Shown here piece by piece: positions 51,213 through 60,390 of a stretch of DNA of 64,000 bases. Each line of letters starts with the position of its first letter. The stretch's first letter is position 1. The DNA comes from Alphaproteobacteria bacterium. GTDB lineage: Bacteria > Pseudomonadota > Alphaproteobacteria > SMXQ01. The notes under the pieces were generated by a model. That model was not told where the DNA came from. It ran no database searches and worked only from the letters and a program-made list of their open reading frames with translations. The DNA lies in NCBI GenBank assembly GCA_030831315.1, contig JAURLI010000024.1, positions 6,565-70,564 of the forward strand. The letters are read 5' to 3'. The position numbers and the translations under genes are program-made.

Positions 51213-54200
51213 CTAATATAGTTTTTAAGAACGAAAAGCTGATCGCCGGCGCGCCCGGCGCCTTCGACGGTTTCTGGCTCGCCCAGGGGCTGGCGGAAGG
51301 GCGTCTCAACGCCGTCCTGCATGTCGCCGTGGACGACCGCGCCCTTGCCCGGATGGACGACACGCTGGCCCTTCTGGCCCCCAACGTCGAACGCATCACC
51401 GTGCCCGCCTGGGACTGCCTGCCCTATGACCGCGTCGGGCCTAACGGCGCCATCGCGGCGCGGCGCATCGACGCCCTGTTCCGGCTGGCGACGCGCCCGG
51501 CCGATACCGCCACCCCGATCGCGCTGCTGACCACCGTCAATGCCATGCTGCAAAGGGTGCCGACCCCCGATAGCTATCGCGGGGCGGGCCTGCGCGTGGC
51601 GACGGGATCGTCGTTGCTCAGCGACGCTTTCCTCGGCTATGCCGCCGCCAACGGCTTTTCCCGCGCCGAAACCGTCATGGAACCGGGCGAATTCGCCATT
51701 CGCGGCGGCCTCATCGACGTCTTTCCGCCAGGCCTCGAGGGGCCGGTGCGCATCGACCTGTTCGGCGACGAGGTCGAGCGCATCCGCCGCTTCGACCCGC
51801 TGACCCAGATTTCGGAAGGCGAACTGGACGCCGTCGTGCTGACACCGGTCAGCGAGGTGCTGCTGACCGAAGACTCGATCGCGCGCTTCAGGTCAGGCTA
51901 TCGCGCCCTGTTCGGGGCCGCAAAGGAAGCGGATGAGCTTTACGCCGCCATTTCCGCCGGCCGCCGCCAACCGGGCATGGAACACTGGCTGCCGCTGTTT
52001 TACGAAAACCTCGCCACCCTTTGCGATTACCTGCCGGGCGCCCCAGTCAGCATGGGCGACGGCGCCGTCGAGGCCATCGCGCTGCGCCTTGAACAGGTCT
52101 CCGACTATTACGCGGCGCGGCGCGACCTCAGAACGGCGGGCGCTGCGGAAACCGGCGGAATCTATAACCCGCTGCCGCCCGAAAGCCTCTACCTGACCGG
52201 CGATACCCTTGCCGATGCGCTCATTGGGCGCGAAGTGGTTCGCTTCTCCGCTTTCGACGAGACCACCGGCCCCGCCAATGCGGGCGTGCGCCTGATGCGC
52301 AACTTCGCCGCCGAGGCCCGCGGCACCGGCGTCAATGCCTTCGATGCCGCCAAGGAATTCGCCTGGGCGCGCATGGGCGAGGGCACGCGGGCCATTCTCG
52401 CCTGCGCGTCGGTGGGCAGCGTGGCACGCCTCGATCGTCTCCTGCGCGAACACCGCTTCAGCAAGACCGCGATGCCCGCAAGTTGGGGCGAAGCGATGGC
52501 CCTGCCGACGGATACGCTGGCCCTCGTCGCGCTCGATCTCGACCAGGGCTTCGTCGCACCCGGCATCTGCGTCATCGCGGAACCCGATATCCTCGGCCAG
52601 CGCCTCGCGCGCAGACCGCGCCGCGCCAGGGCATCGGACGCCTTCGTCTCGGAACTGTCGCAACTGACCGAAGGTACCCTTGTCGTCCATGCCGAACACG
52701 GCATCGGGCGCTATGACGGGCTGGTGACGCTGGAAGTCAATGTCGCCGGCACCCGCAAGGTACCCCACGACTGCCTGCGCCTGATCTACGACGGCGGCGA
52801 CAAGCTGTTCGTCCCGGTCGAAAACATGGACGTTCTCACGCGCTACGGCGAGGACGAGGGGAACGTCTCCCTCGACCGCCTCGGCGGCGCGGCGTGGCAG
52901 GCGAAGAAAGCCCGCCTCAAGAAGCGTCTGCGCGAAATGGCGGACGAATTGCTCAAGGTTGCCGCCGCCCGGGCGCTGGTCACCGCGCGTCCGATGGTCG
53001 CACCGTCGGGCGCGATGGAGGAGTTCGCCGCCCGTTTTCCCTACACCGAGACAGAAGATCAGCAGTCGGCAATCATCGACACCCTTGCCGATCTCGGCGC
53101 CGACAAGCCGATGGACCGGCTGATCTGCGGTGACGTCGGCTTCGGCAAGACCGAAGTGGCGCTGCGCGCCGCCTTCGCCGCCGCCATTTCGGGCCACCAG
53201 GTCGCCGTGGTGGTGCCGACAACGCTGCTCTCCCGCCAGCATTTCGAAACCTTTCGCGCCCGTTTCGAGGGGCTGCCCATCCGCATCGCGCAGCTTTCTC
53301 GCCTGGTGACGCCGAAAGACGCCGAAGACACCAAGGCGGCTCTTGCCCGCGGCGAAATCGACATCGTCGTCGGCACCCATGCAGTGCTGGCCGAGTCCAT
53401 CCGTTTCCAGCACCTCGGCCTGCTGATCATCGACGAAGAACAGCACTTCGGCGTCGTCCACAAGGAACGCCTGAAAAAACTGCGCGCCGATGTCCATGTG
53501 CTGACCCTGACCGCGACACCGATCCCGCGCACGCTTCAACTCGCGCTCACCGGCGTCAAGGAAATGAGCATCATCGCCACGCCCCCCGTCGACCGCCTGG
53601 CCGTGCGCACCTTCGTGCTGCCCTTCGATCCGGTCGTGATGCGCGAGGCGATCCGGCGCGAATTGCACCGCGGCGGACAGTGCTTCTACGTCTGTCCACG
53701 CATCTCCGACATCGGCGCCATCGAGGCGCAATTGACCGAAATCGCCCCCGAAGCGCGGCGCATTGCCGTTCATGGCCAGATGGCACCGGCAAAGCTGGAA
53801 GCGGCGATAGGGAAATTTCTCGATCGCGAATACGACATCCTGATTTCGACGAATATCATCGAATCGGGCCTCGACATGCCCAACGTCAACACGATCATGG
53901 TGCATCGCGCCGACATGTTCGGCCTCTCCCAGCTCTACCAGCTGCGCGGGCGGGTAGGGCGCTCCAAGACACGTGCCTATGCCTACCTCACGCTGCCGCC
54001 GCGCCGGCAGGTAACGCCGGCCGCGGAAAAGCGCCTGCATGTCATGCAGACGCTCGATTCGCTCGGCGCCGGGTTCTCCCTCGCCAGCCACGATCTCGAC
54101 ATTCGCGGTGCCGGTAACCTGCTTGGCGACGAACAGTCGGGTCATATCCGCGAGGTCGGTGCCGAGCTCTACCAGCAGATGCTGGAAGAAACCGTCGCCG

Positions 54201-54694
54201 AGATGAAGGGCGCGGCCATTGCCGCCGATACCGAATGGACGCCGCAGATCACCGTTGATGTGCCGGTCCTCATTCCCGAAAACTACGTCGCCGACCTCGG
54301 TGTGCGGTTGGGGCTTTACCGGCGCATCGCCTCGCTCGTCGCGCGCGACGAGGCCGACGCCTTCGCCGCCGAACTGATCGACCGCTTCGGCCCGCTGCCG
54401 CCCGAAGTCGAGAACCTGATCCGCATCGTCGCCCTCAAGCACGATTGCCGCACGGCCGGCGTCGCCCGTATCGAGGCGGGCCCCAAGGGCTGCACCGTCG
54501 CCTTCAAGGACGGGCGTTTTGCCAATCCCGAAGGGCTGATCGCCCTGATCGCCAAATCGCCCGGCGTGATGAAGGTCCGCCCCGACCAGACGCTGGTGAT
54601 CGCGCGCACCTGGCCCGGGCAGGACGACCGCCTGAAGGGAATGGCGAAGGAAGTGGCAAGGCTTGCGGAAATCGCCGCCGGCAGGGCGGCCTGA
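51209..54694 (+). CDS. mfd: Transcription-repair coupling factor
   Basis: 1161 aa with UvrB-homology, RNAP-interaction and superfamily-2 translocase motifs (GDVGFGKTEVA, DEEQHFG). Confidence 0.95.
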   Translation: MTNIVFKNEKLIAGAPGAFDGFWLAQGLAEGRLNAVLHVAVDDRALARMDDTLALLAPNVERITVPAWDCLPYDRVGPNGAIAARRIDALFRLATRPADTATPIALLTTVNAMLQRVPTPDSYRGAGLRVATGSSLLSDAFLGYAAANGFSRAETVMEPGEFAIRGGLIDVFPPGLEGPVRIDLFGDEVERIRRFDPLTQISEGELDAVVLTPVSEVLLTEDSIARFRSGYRALFGAAKEADELYAAISAGRRQPGMEHWLPLFYENLATLCDYLPGAPVSMGDGAVEAIALRLEQVSDYYAARRDLRTAGAAETGGIYNPLPPESLYLTGDTLADALIGREVVRFSAFDETTGPANAGVRLMRNFAAEARGTGVNAFDAAKEFAWARMGEGTRAILACASVGSVARLDRLLREHRFSKTAMPASWGEAMALPTDTLALVALDLDQGFVAPGICVIAEPDILGQRLARRPRRARASDAFVSELSQLTEGTLVVHAEHGIGRYDGLVTLEVNVAGTRKVPHDCLRLIYDGGDKLFVPVENMDVLTRYGEDEGNVSLDRLGGAAWQAKKARLKKRLREMADELLKVAAARALVTARPMVAPSGAMEEFAARFPYTETEDQQSAIIDTLADLGADKPMDRLICGDVGFGKTEVALRAAFAAAISGHQVAVVVPTTLLSRQHFETFRARFEGLPIRIAQLSRLVTPKDAEDTKAALARGEIDIVVGTHAVLAESIRFQHLGLLIIDEEQHFGVVHKERLKKLRADVHVLTLTATPIPRTLQLALTGVKEMSIIATPPVDRLAVRTFVLPFDPVVMREAIRRELHRGGQCFYVCPRISDIGAIEAQLTEIAPEARRIAVHGQMAPAKLEAAIGKFLDREYDILISTNIIESGLDMPNVNTIMVHRADMFGLSQLYQLRGRVGRSKTRAYAYLTLPPRRQVTPAAEKRLHVMQTLDSLGAGFSLASHDLDIRGAGNLLGDEQSGHIREVGAELYQQMLEETVAEMKGAAIAADTEWTPQITVDVPVLIPENYVADLGVRLGLYRRIASLVARDEADAFAAELIDRFGPLPPEVENLIRIVALKHDCRTAGVARIEAGPKGCTVAFKDGRFANPEGLIALIAKSPGVMKVRPDQTLVIARTWPGQDDRLKGMAKEVARLAEIAAGRAA

Positions 54695-54701
54695 TTCTTC
54701 T

Positions 54702-55376
54702 TCAGCGCGAAAGAGGCGCGCGCGCCGTCTCGGCCCGGACGAGATCAAACGCCCGGATGATGATCTCCGGGCTCTGCGCGCCGGAAAGCTGATATCGCCC
54801 GCCGACGATGAAAAACGGCACCCCGCTGACACCCGCGGCGCGCGCTGCCGAATCCTCGGCGATCACCGCATCAAAGTCTTCATCGCCCGCAAGGAATTGT
54901 GCCACGTCGCCGCCGTTGCATCCGGCGGAAACGGCTATGGCCTCCAGCTCGCACGGATCGCCGATATCGCGCCCCTCCACGAAATAGGCGTTGAACAGGC
55001 TATCGAGTACGGCATCGGCACGCCCGAGCCGGCCTGCGAATTTCAGCAGACGATGTGCGGCGACCGTATTGGGTGTGCGCCGGATGCGCGAGAAAGCGAA
55101 AGCGATGCCTTCGGATTCACCTTCGCGCCGGATCATGTCGTAGACATGACGGGCACGGTCGGGACCACCGAATTTCGCGGCGAGATATTCCCCCCGATCC
55201 ATGCCGCCCATCGGCATTCCCGGGTTGAGCTGGAACGCGTGCCAACGCGTCGCGGCAACGGCGTTCGACAACGACAGGGCGCGGTCGAGGCGGCGCTTGC
55301 CGATCATGCACCACGGGCAGATGGGATCGATGAACGTATCGACGAAGAACTCGCCGGTATCGGGACCTTCAGGCAT
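54702..55376 (-). CDS. DsbA-family (FrnE/2-hydroxychromene-2-carboxylate isomerase-like) thioredoxin-fold protein
   Basis: Active site CPWC (DPICPWCMIGKRRL). Confidence 0.75.
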   Translation of the reverse strand: MPEGPDTGEFFVDTFIDPICPWCMIGKRRLDRALSLSNAVAATRWHAFQLNPGMPMGGMDRGEYLAAKFGGPDRARHVYDMIRREGESEGIAFAFSRIRRTPNTVAAHRLLKFAGRLGRADAVLDSLFNAYFVEGRDIGDPCELEAIAVSAGCNGGDVAQFLAGDEDFDAVIAEDSAARAAGVSGVPFFIVGGRYQLSGAQSPEIIIRAFDLVRAETARAPLSR

Positions 55377-55505
55377 GGGACGTTCCTAGCACGGGGCACC
55401 TCGCGTTGGGGAGGGATGTTAACGCCTTGGCAAGGATAAGCATATTAACCTAAGTTTAAACACGTAAAACGCTAGATCTGGGGTCCGGCGGCATTGGAGT
55501 TTGCC

Positions 55506-55972
55506 ATGGTGGCCCTGAAACCGGACGTCGACCGCTATGTGTCGTTTTCCGATCTTACGATCATGATCGTCGACGACAACCAGTACATGCGGCAATTCAC
55601 ATGCTGCGCGCCTTCGATGTCGGTCTCATTCTGCATGCGGGAAACGTTAAGGATGCCTTCGAGGAGATGCGGCAGCCCCGCATCAACTTCCTTATCGTCG
55701 ACTGCCTGATGCCGGGCGGCAGTACCACGGGCCGTATGTGGGCGGTAAACCTCGAGGGCGCAAACGTGTCCTTCGCCGATGCCTCGGAAGCCAACATGAA
55801 GGAGGCTAACCTGCGCGGCGCGGATCTGACAGGCACCGACATCACGGCGACCGACCTAGAAGAGCCGAATTTTCTCAATTCCACGGTTAAGGACACGTTG
55901 ATAAGCACGGGCATCGCCCAGTCCGAAGACGACCTTCGCAACGGCCTTCAAAACGCCCGCAAGCCCTGCTGA
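55506..55972 (+). pseudogene. Receiver (CheY-like) domain fused to pentapeptide repeats, interrupted by a +1/-1 frameshift near 55595-55603
   Basis: Frame A reads ...LTIMIVDDNQYMRQFT. Frame B continues MLRAFDVGLILHAGNVKDAFEEMRQ...FLIVDCLMPG, then pentapeptide repeats (ANLRGADLTGTDIT...). Together they reconstruct one receiver domain split by a single-base frame change. The receiver is also C-terminally incomplete. Confidence 0.5.
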
Positions 55973-56071
55973 GCCGGCTGCCGGCCGGGAGCGCCCCCAT
56001 TGCCGGGTCCCAGTGCCGCGTGTTACCCATTAAGCCGCTTTTTACCAAAAATTCGTCCAGGGGGCGGCGGC

Positions 56072-56611
56072 ATGTCCGATTCACGTGCTTCGATTTCGAT
56101 TTTAGTTCTGTTTATTGCATTGACGGTTTCGGCCTGCGGTTCCAGTGGCGGCAAGACTGCCAGGGGCGAGAAGGGACCAGACGTTGCGGCCTTGGCGATG
56201 CAAGGTGATGCGGCCGCGCAATATGCGTTGGGATTGGCCGCCAACGGCAAGGATGATGCGAGTGCAATGCAGTGGTTCTGCAAAGCGGCACGGCAGGGCG
56301 AGGCGCGCGCGCAGTTTGAACTCGCAATGATTTACGGCAACGAACTGCTCGAAACAGGGATCGGGGCACGGATCATGCGCATTGCGGGCAACCCCGGCGA
56401 AACGTCTTCTTCGAATACGCGGCTCGCAGCCATGTGGCTAGATCTGGCGATGGCCAATGGTCACAAGGAAGCTGCGAAGCGTCGCATCGCGCTCGGTAAG
56501 CGCATGAGCGCCGCCGAGCATGTTGCCGTCGAGAAGCTGCGTGCCAAGTGGCAGGAAGTCCCCTGCGAACCTCATCGGGGCAACGGCGGGGCAGCCGCAA
56601 TCATTCGCTGA
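56072..56611 (+). CDS. Sel1-repeat (TPR-like) lipoprotein
   Basis: ATG 56072 is followed by a signal peptide with lipobox LTVSAC. Sel1-like repeats are present (AAQYALGLAANG...WFCKAARQGEARAQFELAMIYGNE). Confidence 0.7.
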   Translation: MSDSRASISILVLFIALTVSACGSSGGKTARGEKGPDVAALAMQGDAAAQYALGLAANGKDDASAMQWFCKAARQGEARAQFELAMIYGNELLETGIGARIMRIAGNPGETSSSNTRLAAMWLDLAMANGHKEAAKRRIALGKRMSAAEHVAVEKLRAKWQEVPCEPHRGNGGAAAIIR

Positions 56612-56615
56612 GCAA

Positions 56616-58694
56616 ATGACGGTAGACGCCACTTTTCCAAAACTTGCCTCCGGCCTGCGGCTCGCAGTCATGGCAGCTTTCCTGTCGGCCTCACCGCTGG
56701 CTATCGCCAGCGAACAGGACGCCCTGCCTCCGGAAGTGCAATTCGACGTTCTCAAGCTCGAGATTGCTGAAGCATCACGGCGCGAGCGGCACAAGGACGT
56801 TCTCGCCATGGCTGAGCGCATGCGCAAGACCAGGCAGCCGCTGCCGGCCGATATTTTATTTCTGGAGGGGAAAGCCTTCTACGGGCTTGGCGCTCTTACC
56901 ATGTCGCGGCAGGCGCTTGCCGGTTACCTGAAAGATGCCGGCCGCTCCGGGAAAGACTACGACGAAGCCCTGCGCCTGTTCGTGCGCGTCAAAACCGAAA
57001 TCGACGACAGGGTCCGTGCCACGCGGGAAACCTATCGGCTGCGCACCGACTTCGAAGCCGTTCGCGCCGCATGGCAGCGGGAACGTGAACAGGCCGCGCT
57101 GTGGAAGAAACTCGCAGTGGTTTTCGGGGGCCCCGAGGACGACAGCGCTGCCGCCATCGCCCGCACGGACGAGGGGGGTATTGTCCTGGCCGGCGCGCTT
57201 CACGTGCGCAAGACGCAGGACGACAAGACCATCAATGCGACCTTGCCGTGGATCACGGCTTTCGATGGCAACGGCAAACGGATCTGGCACAGGCCGCTCG
57301 GGGCTGCTAGCGATCCGGGCAGCCTGCGCAGCGCCACGATCCTGCCCGGTAAAGGATTTCTGTTCGGCGGCGCCCAGAAAAATTTCCAGATCGCCGCGCT
57401 GACCGACAGGCAGGGAAATCTCGTCGCAAACGGCGAGGGCGACCCCTGGATCATGGCTTTTGCGCCCTCCACGGGCGAAGGCGGGATTGCCCGGCTCCTG
57501 AACAATGGCGACATCATCACCATCGGCACCCAGGAGATTGGCAAGAGCGAAGGCTCCGGCAAGGCGACGGCCCGCCTGCCGATCGCTGTCCGGCTTTCGC
57601 CCAAGGGAAAGGTCGTGGGCAGGTTCGTTCTGGCACGCGCGGGCGGAGCGCGGTGGTACGATGTCACGGACGCGCTGGTGCTCGACGGTGGCGACGTCGT
57701 GATTGCCGGGGAATCCCGGGCGATCGACGGAGACGCGGCTTCGGCTGAAGGTTATCTGATTCGCTTCAAGACAACCGGTGAAGAAATCTGGTCCAGGCGT
57801 TTCCTGCCATCACGGAACGGCGGTGCAGCGATCACGGCGCTCACCGGCAACGGCGGCAGCATTTACGCTGTCGGCAGGGACGGCGCTGAGCTGTCCTACA
57901 TGAAGTACGACGGGGCTGGCCAGTTACTCTGGAAACGAAGCCGCGCCGCACCGGCCACGCCCGCCAGTTTTACGCGCCTTTGCCCCGTGACAGATCTTCC
58001 CGCCAGGCTGAAGGCCTCCTATTCAAAGACGAAAACAAAAATACCCGGTGGCGATCCGCTTTCGAACCTCGCCGAAGTCCGCGCCTTCGCCTGCCGGACG
58101 GGGAAGGGATTTGCCGCAGCAACCGCAATCGTTCCCCGGGAGGGCGGTTTTCTTGTTCTTGGCATCATCGGTCGGGACGGTGATCCCGCGACGCGGATCA
58201 CGGCGACGGCAATCGACGCCGAAGGCAAAATGATCTGGGACATGCGGCATGGCGATGGCCCCATCAATGTCGCAACGGGCGGCCTGCCCACGGGGGATGG
58301 CGGGTTCGTCATTAGCGGCATCACCAACAACTGGGGGCGCGACGTTCTGCTGTTTAAACTGACGGCCAAGGGCGAACTGACCACATTTTCTGCGATTGGA
58401 CCGCCGGCGACGCCCACTAAGGCCAAAAAGGCGAGCGTTTCCCCGGTAGCAAATCCCGCCACGCCCGCCAAAGAGGCAACGCCCAGAACCAGCGACAGCG
58501 AGGAGCCGCCCGAGACGGACAAAACAGACGCGACGCCTGCAACACCCGCGGCGGAAAAAACCGAAAACAAGCCTGCTGCACCATCCCCCCCCAAGCCTGC
58601 GTCCTCGGGCGAAGCGAGCTATGATTTGCTCGATCTGCTGGATGGTTTGTTCAGTGGCAGTCCGACACCCGAGCGCAAGGATGAACGGCCTTGA
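56616..58694 (+). CDS. Secreted protein with TPR-like N-terminal region, multiple SBBP-type beta-propeller repeats and a Pro/Thr/Ala-rich C-terminal tail
   Basis: ATG 56616 is followed by a signal peptide (LAVMAAFLSASPLAIAS). The repeated unit is GDG...DGG.V..G.T......D.LLFKL...G...W. The C-terminus is PATPTKAKK...PAAPSPPKPASS. Confidence 0.55.
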   Translation: MTVDATFPKLASGLRLAVMAAFLSASPLAIASEQDALPPEVQFDVLKLEIAEASRRERHKDVLAMAERMRKTRQPLPADILFLEGKAFYGLGALTMSRQALAGYLKDAGRSGKDYDEALRLFVRVKTEIDDRVRATRETYRLRTDFEAVRAAWQREREQAALWKKLAVVFGGPEDDSAAAIARTDEGGIVLAGALHVRKTQDDKTINATLPWITAFDGNGKRIWHRPLGAASDPGSLRSATILPGKGFLFGGAQKNFQIAALTDRQGNLVANGEGDPWIMAFAPSTGEGGIARLLNNGDIITIGTQEIGKSEGSGKATARLPIAVRLSPKGKVVGRFVLARAGGARWYDVTDALVLDGGDVVIAGESRAIDGDAASAEGYLIRFKTTGEEIWSRRFLPSRNGGAAITALTGNGGSIYAVGRDGAELSYMKYDGAGQLLWKRSRAAPATPASFTRLCPVTDLPARLKASYSKTKTKIPGGDPLSNLAEVRAFACRTGKGFAAATAIVPREGGFLVLGIIGRDGDPATRITATAIDAEGKMIWDMRHGDGPINVATGGLPTGDGGFVISGITNNWGRDVLLFKLTAKGELTTFSAIGPPATPTKAKKASVSPVANPATPAKEATPRTSDSEEPPETDKTDATPATPAAEKTENKPAAPSPPKPASSGEASYDLLDLLDGLFSGSPTPERKDERP

Positions 58695-58704
58695 GCAAGG
58701 TAGG

Positions 58705-58745
58705 GGGGGCAGGGATTTATCCCTGCCTGCTTCGCATGTTTTAAC
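58705..58745 (+). terminator. Terminator after the beta-propeller gene
   Basis: The hairpin ggcagggat-tt-atccctgcc is followed by tgcttcgcatgtttt. Confidence 0.45.
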
Positions 58746-58886
58746 TAATTGAAATTAAATAGAATTCTAAACTCAGCCCAGGGCTCCGTTAACGCCTGAT
58801 TAATTATTCCGACGGTAATTTCACATAAACCGAGACAGCCACTGGCGGTCCGGAAGGTTTTTTCGTGGTCAATCGGGATTTCGCGG

Positions 58887-59588
58887 ATGCAGTCATCCCT
58901 TGAGCGCGGGGCTGCTCCTGAAAAAGAATCAGGCGCGCAGTACGACCTGAACATGCTGACAATGACATTTCGGGACAGGGGCATGGAGAAGCGTTATGCC
59001 CGCGATACGCTCAGCCGCGCGTTACCGCTCGTCCGGATCTCCCTGTTCTTCGTGGCCATCCTGTAAGGCTTTTTCGGAATCTTCGATTTCTTCGTCCTGC
59101 CCGAATCCTACCCCCAGACCTGGCTGATCCGCTGCGGTTTCGTCTGTCCCATTCTCCTCAGCGTCGGTGCACTGACCTTCAACCCGAAACTCTTCTTTTG
59201 CAAAGCCCAGGGGCTTCCGACGCTGTGCATGGCATCGAGCGGCTTAGGCATCATCGCAATGACCCTGGTCGCGCCCGCGCCGGTCAATACTCAATACTAT
59301 GCCGGCCTGATCATGGTCGTGATCTACGGCTCAACCCTCGTGCGCCTGGGTTTCCTCAACGCAACGATCATTTCGCTCGCGCTTGTGTTTTTCTACCAAC
59401 CAGTCGCGATGCAATTCAATCCGGTTGCGCCCGAAACCCTGATTGCAAACAACTTCTTCCTCGTGATGGCAACGCTTATCGGCATTTTCGTAATCATCTC
59501 TATCCCAACAGGGGATTACACAAGAGTCTTGCGGACTTACTCCTCGATATCGATCCAAGTGCCATCGGGATCAGACATCTGGTACTGA
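58887..59588 (+). pseudogene. Remnant of a polytopic membrane sensor (N-terminal domain resembling membrane-anchored adenylate/guanylate cyclases) with in-frame TAA at 59064-59066 and 3' truncation
   Basis: One frame reads MQSSLERG...MLTMTFRDRGMEKRYARDTL...FFVAIL-stop-GFFGIFDFFVLPES... through MASSGLGIIAMT... to 59588. The open frame ends inside the convergent VOC gene with no catalytic domain. Confidence 0.45.
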
Positions 59589-60343
59589 CCCGTCGCCGCG
59601 CGGGCAAACAACTGGCGACGGGTTTCCGCCTCCGGACTGCCGCCCAGCTTGAACGGCGCGAGATACTGGTTCCAGTCCTGGGCCTTCTGGGCATCGGCCT
59701 TTACCGCCTCGACGCTCTCGACCTTGAAGCCAATGTGATCGGGGCCGGGCCGTTTGATCGCCATGCCGGCAAAGGTATCGATCGTCCAAGGCATCAGCGT
59801 CAGCGTCACGCGGCCATCGGTCAGATGGGTCGCGGGAAGCTCCGACTGCTTGTTGGTCGGCTTCAGATCGAAAACGTCCATGTAGAAGTCGGCCACCCGA
59901 TCGACGTTGATCGTGCGGATCGCGAACTTGTTGAGATAGCGCTCCTGATTCCAGCCCTGCGCCGAGATCTCCGCGTACATGTTCGACCGCGTATCGCCCT
60001 TTTTCTGGGCGAGGTCGAAGATATTGCCGTCCGGATCGTGGCCGGAATAGGCCGCGAAGGGACGGCTCGAGGGACGCTTGACGATGTTCGCCGTCGGCCA
60101 GTTCTTCTTCATGCGGGCAAGAACTGTTTCGACATCATCGACGACGAAGCCGAAATGATCGAGGCCGCCGTAGCAACCATCGCGCTTGGGATTGATATTC
60201 AGGCCGGCATAGCCGTCGGAATAAACGACCCCATGAAACGGCCGGTGTGTCGAACACTTGAGGCCGAAGACGGCCTCATAGAACCGTCCCACGAAGGGAT
60301 AGTTCGCACTGGCCATGGCCATGTGATTGATCTCGGCAAACAT
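59537..60343 (-). CDS. Two-domain VOC family protein (glyoxalase/extradiol dioxygenase-like), paralogue of 44980..45786
   Basis: 268 aa. It has the same architecture as the 44980 protein, with recognisable similarity to it (LDHFGFVVDDVE / DPDGNIFDL versus LHHVGLQVDNME / DAEGNRFDL). Confidence 0.65.
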   Translation of the reverse strand: MFAEINHMAMASANYPFVGRFYEAVFGLKCSTHRPFHGVVYSDGYAGLNINPKRDGCYGGLDHFGFVVDDVETVLARMKKNWPTANIVKRPSSRPFAAYSGHDPDGNIFDLAQKKGDTRSNMYAEISAQGWNQERYLNKFAIRTINVDRVADFYMDVFDLKPTNKQSELPATHLTDGRVTLTLMPWTIDTFAGMAIKRPGPDHIGFKVESVEAVKADAQKAQDWNQYLAPFKLGGSPEAETRRQLFARAATGQYQMSDPDGTWIDIEE

Positions 60344-60390
60344 GTTTCTCTCCTGATCTGTGTCTCACGGTCTCCCCGTGAGGAGCGCGC

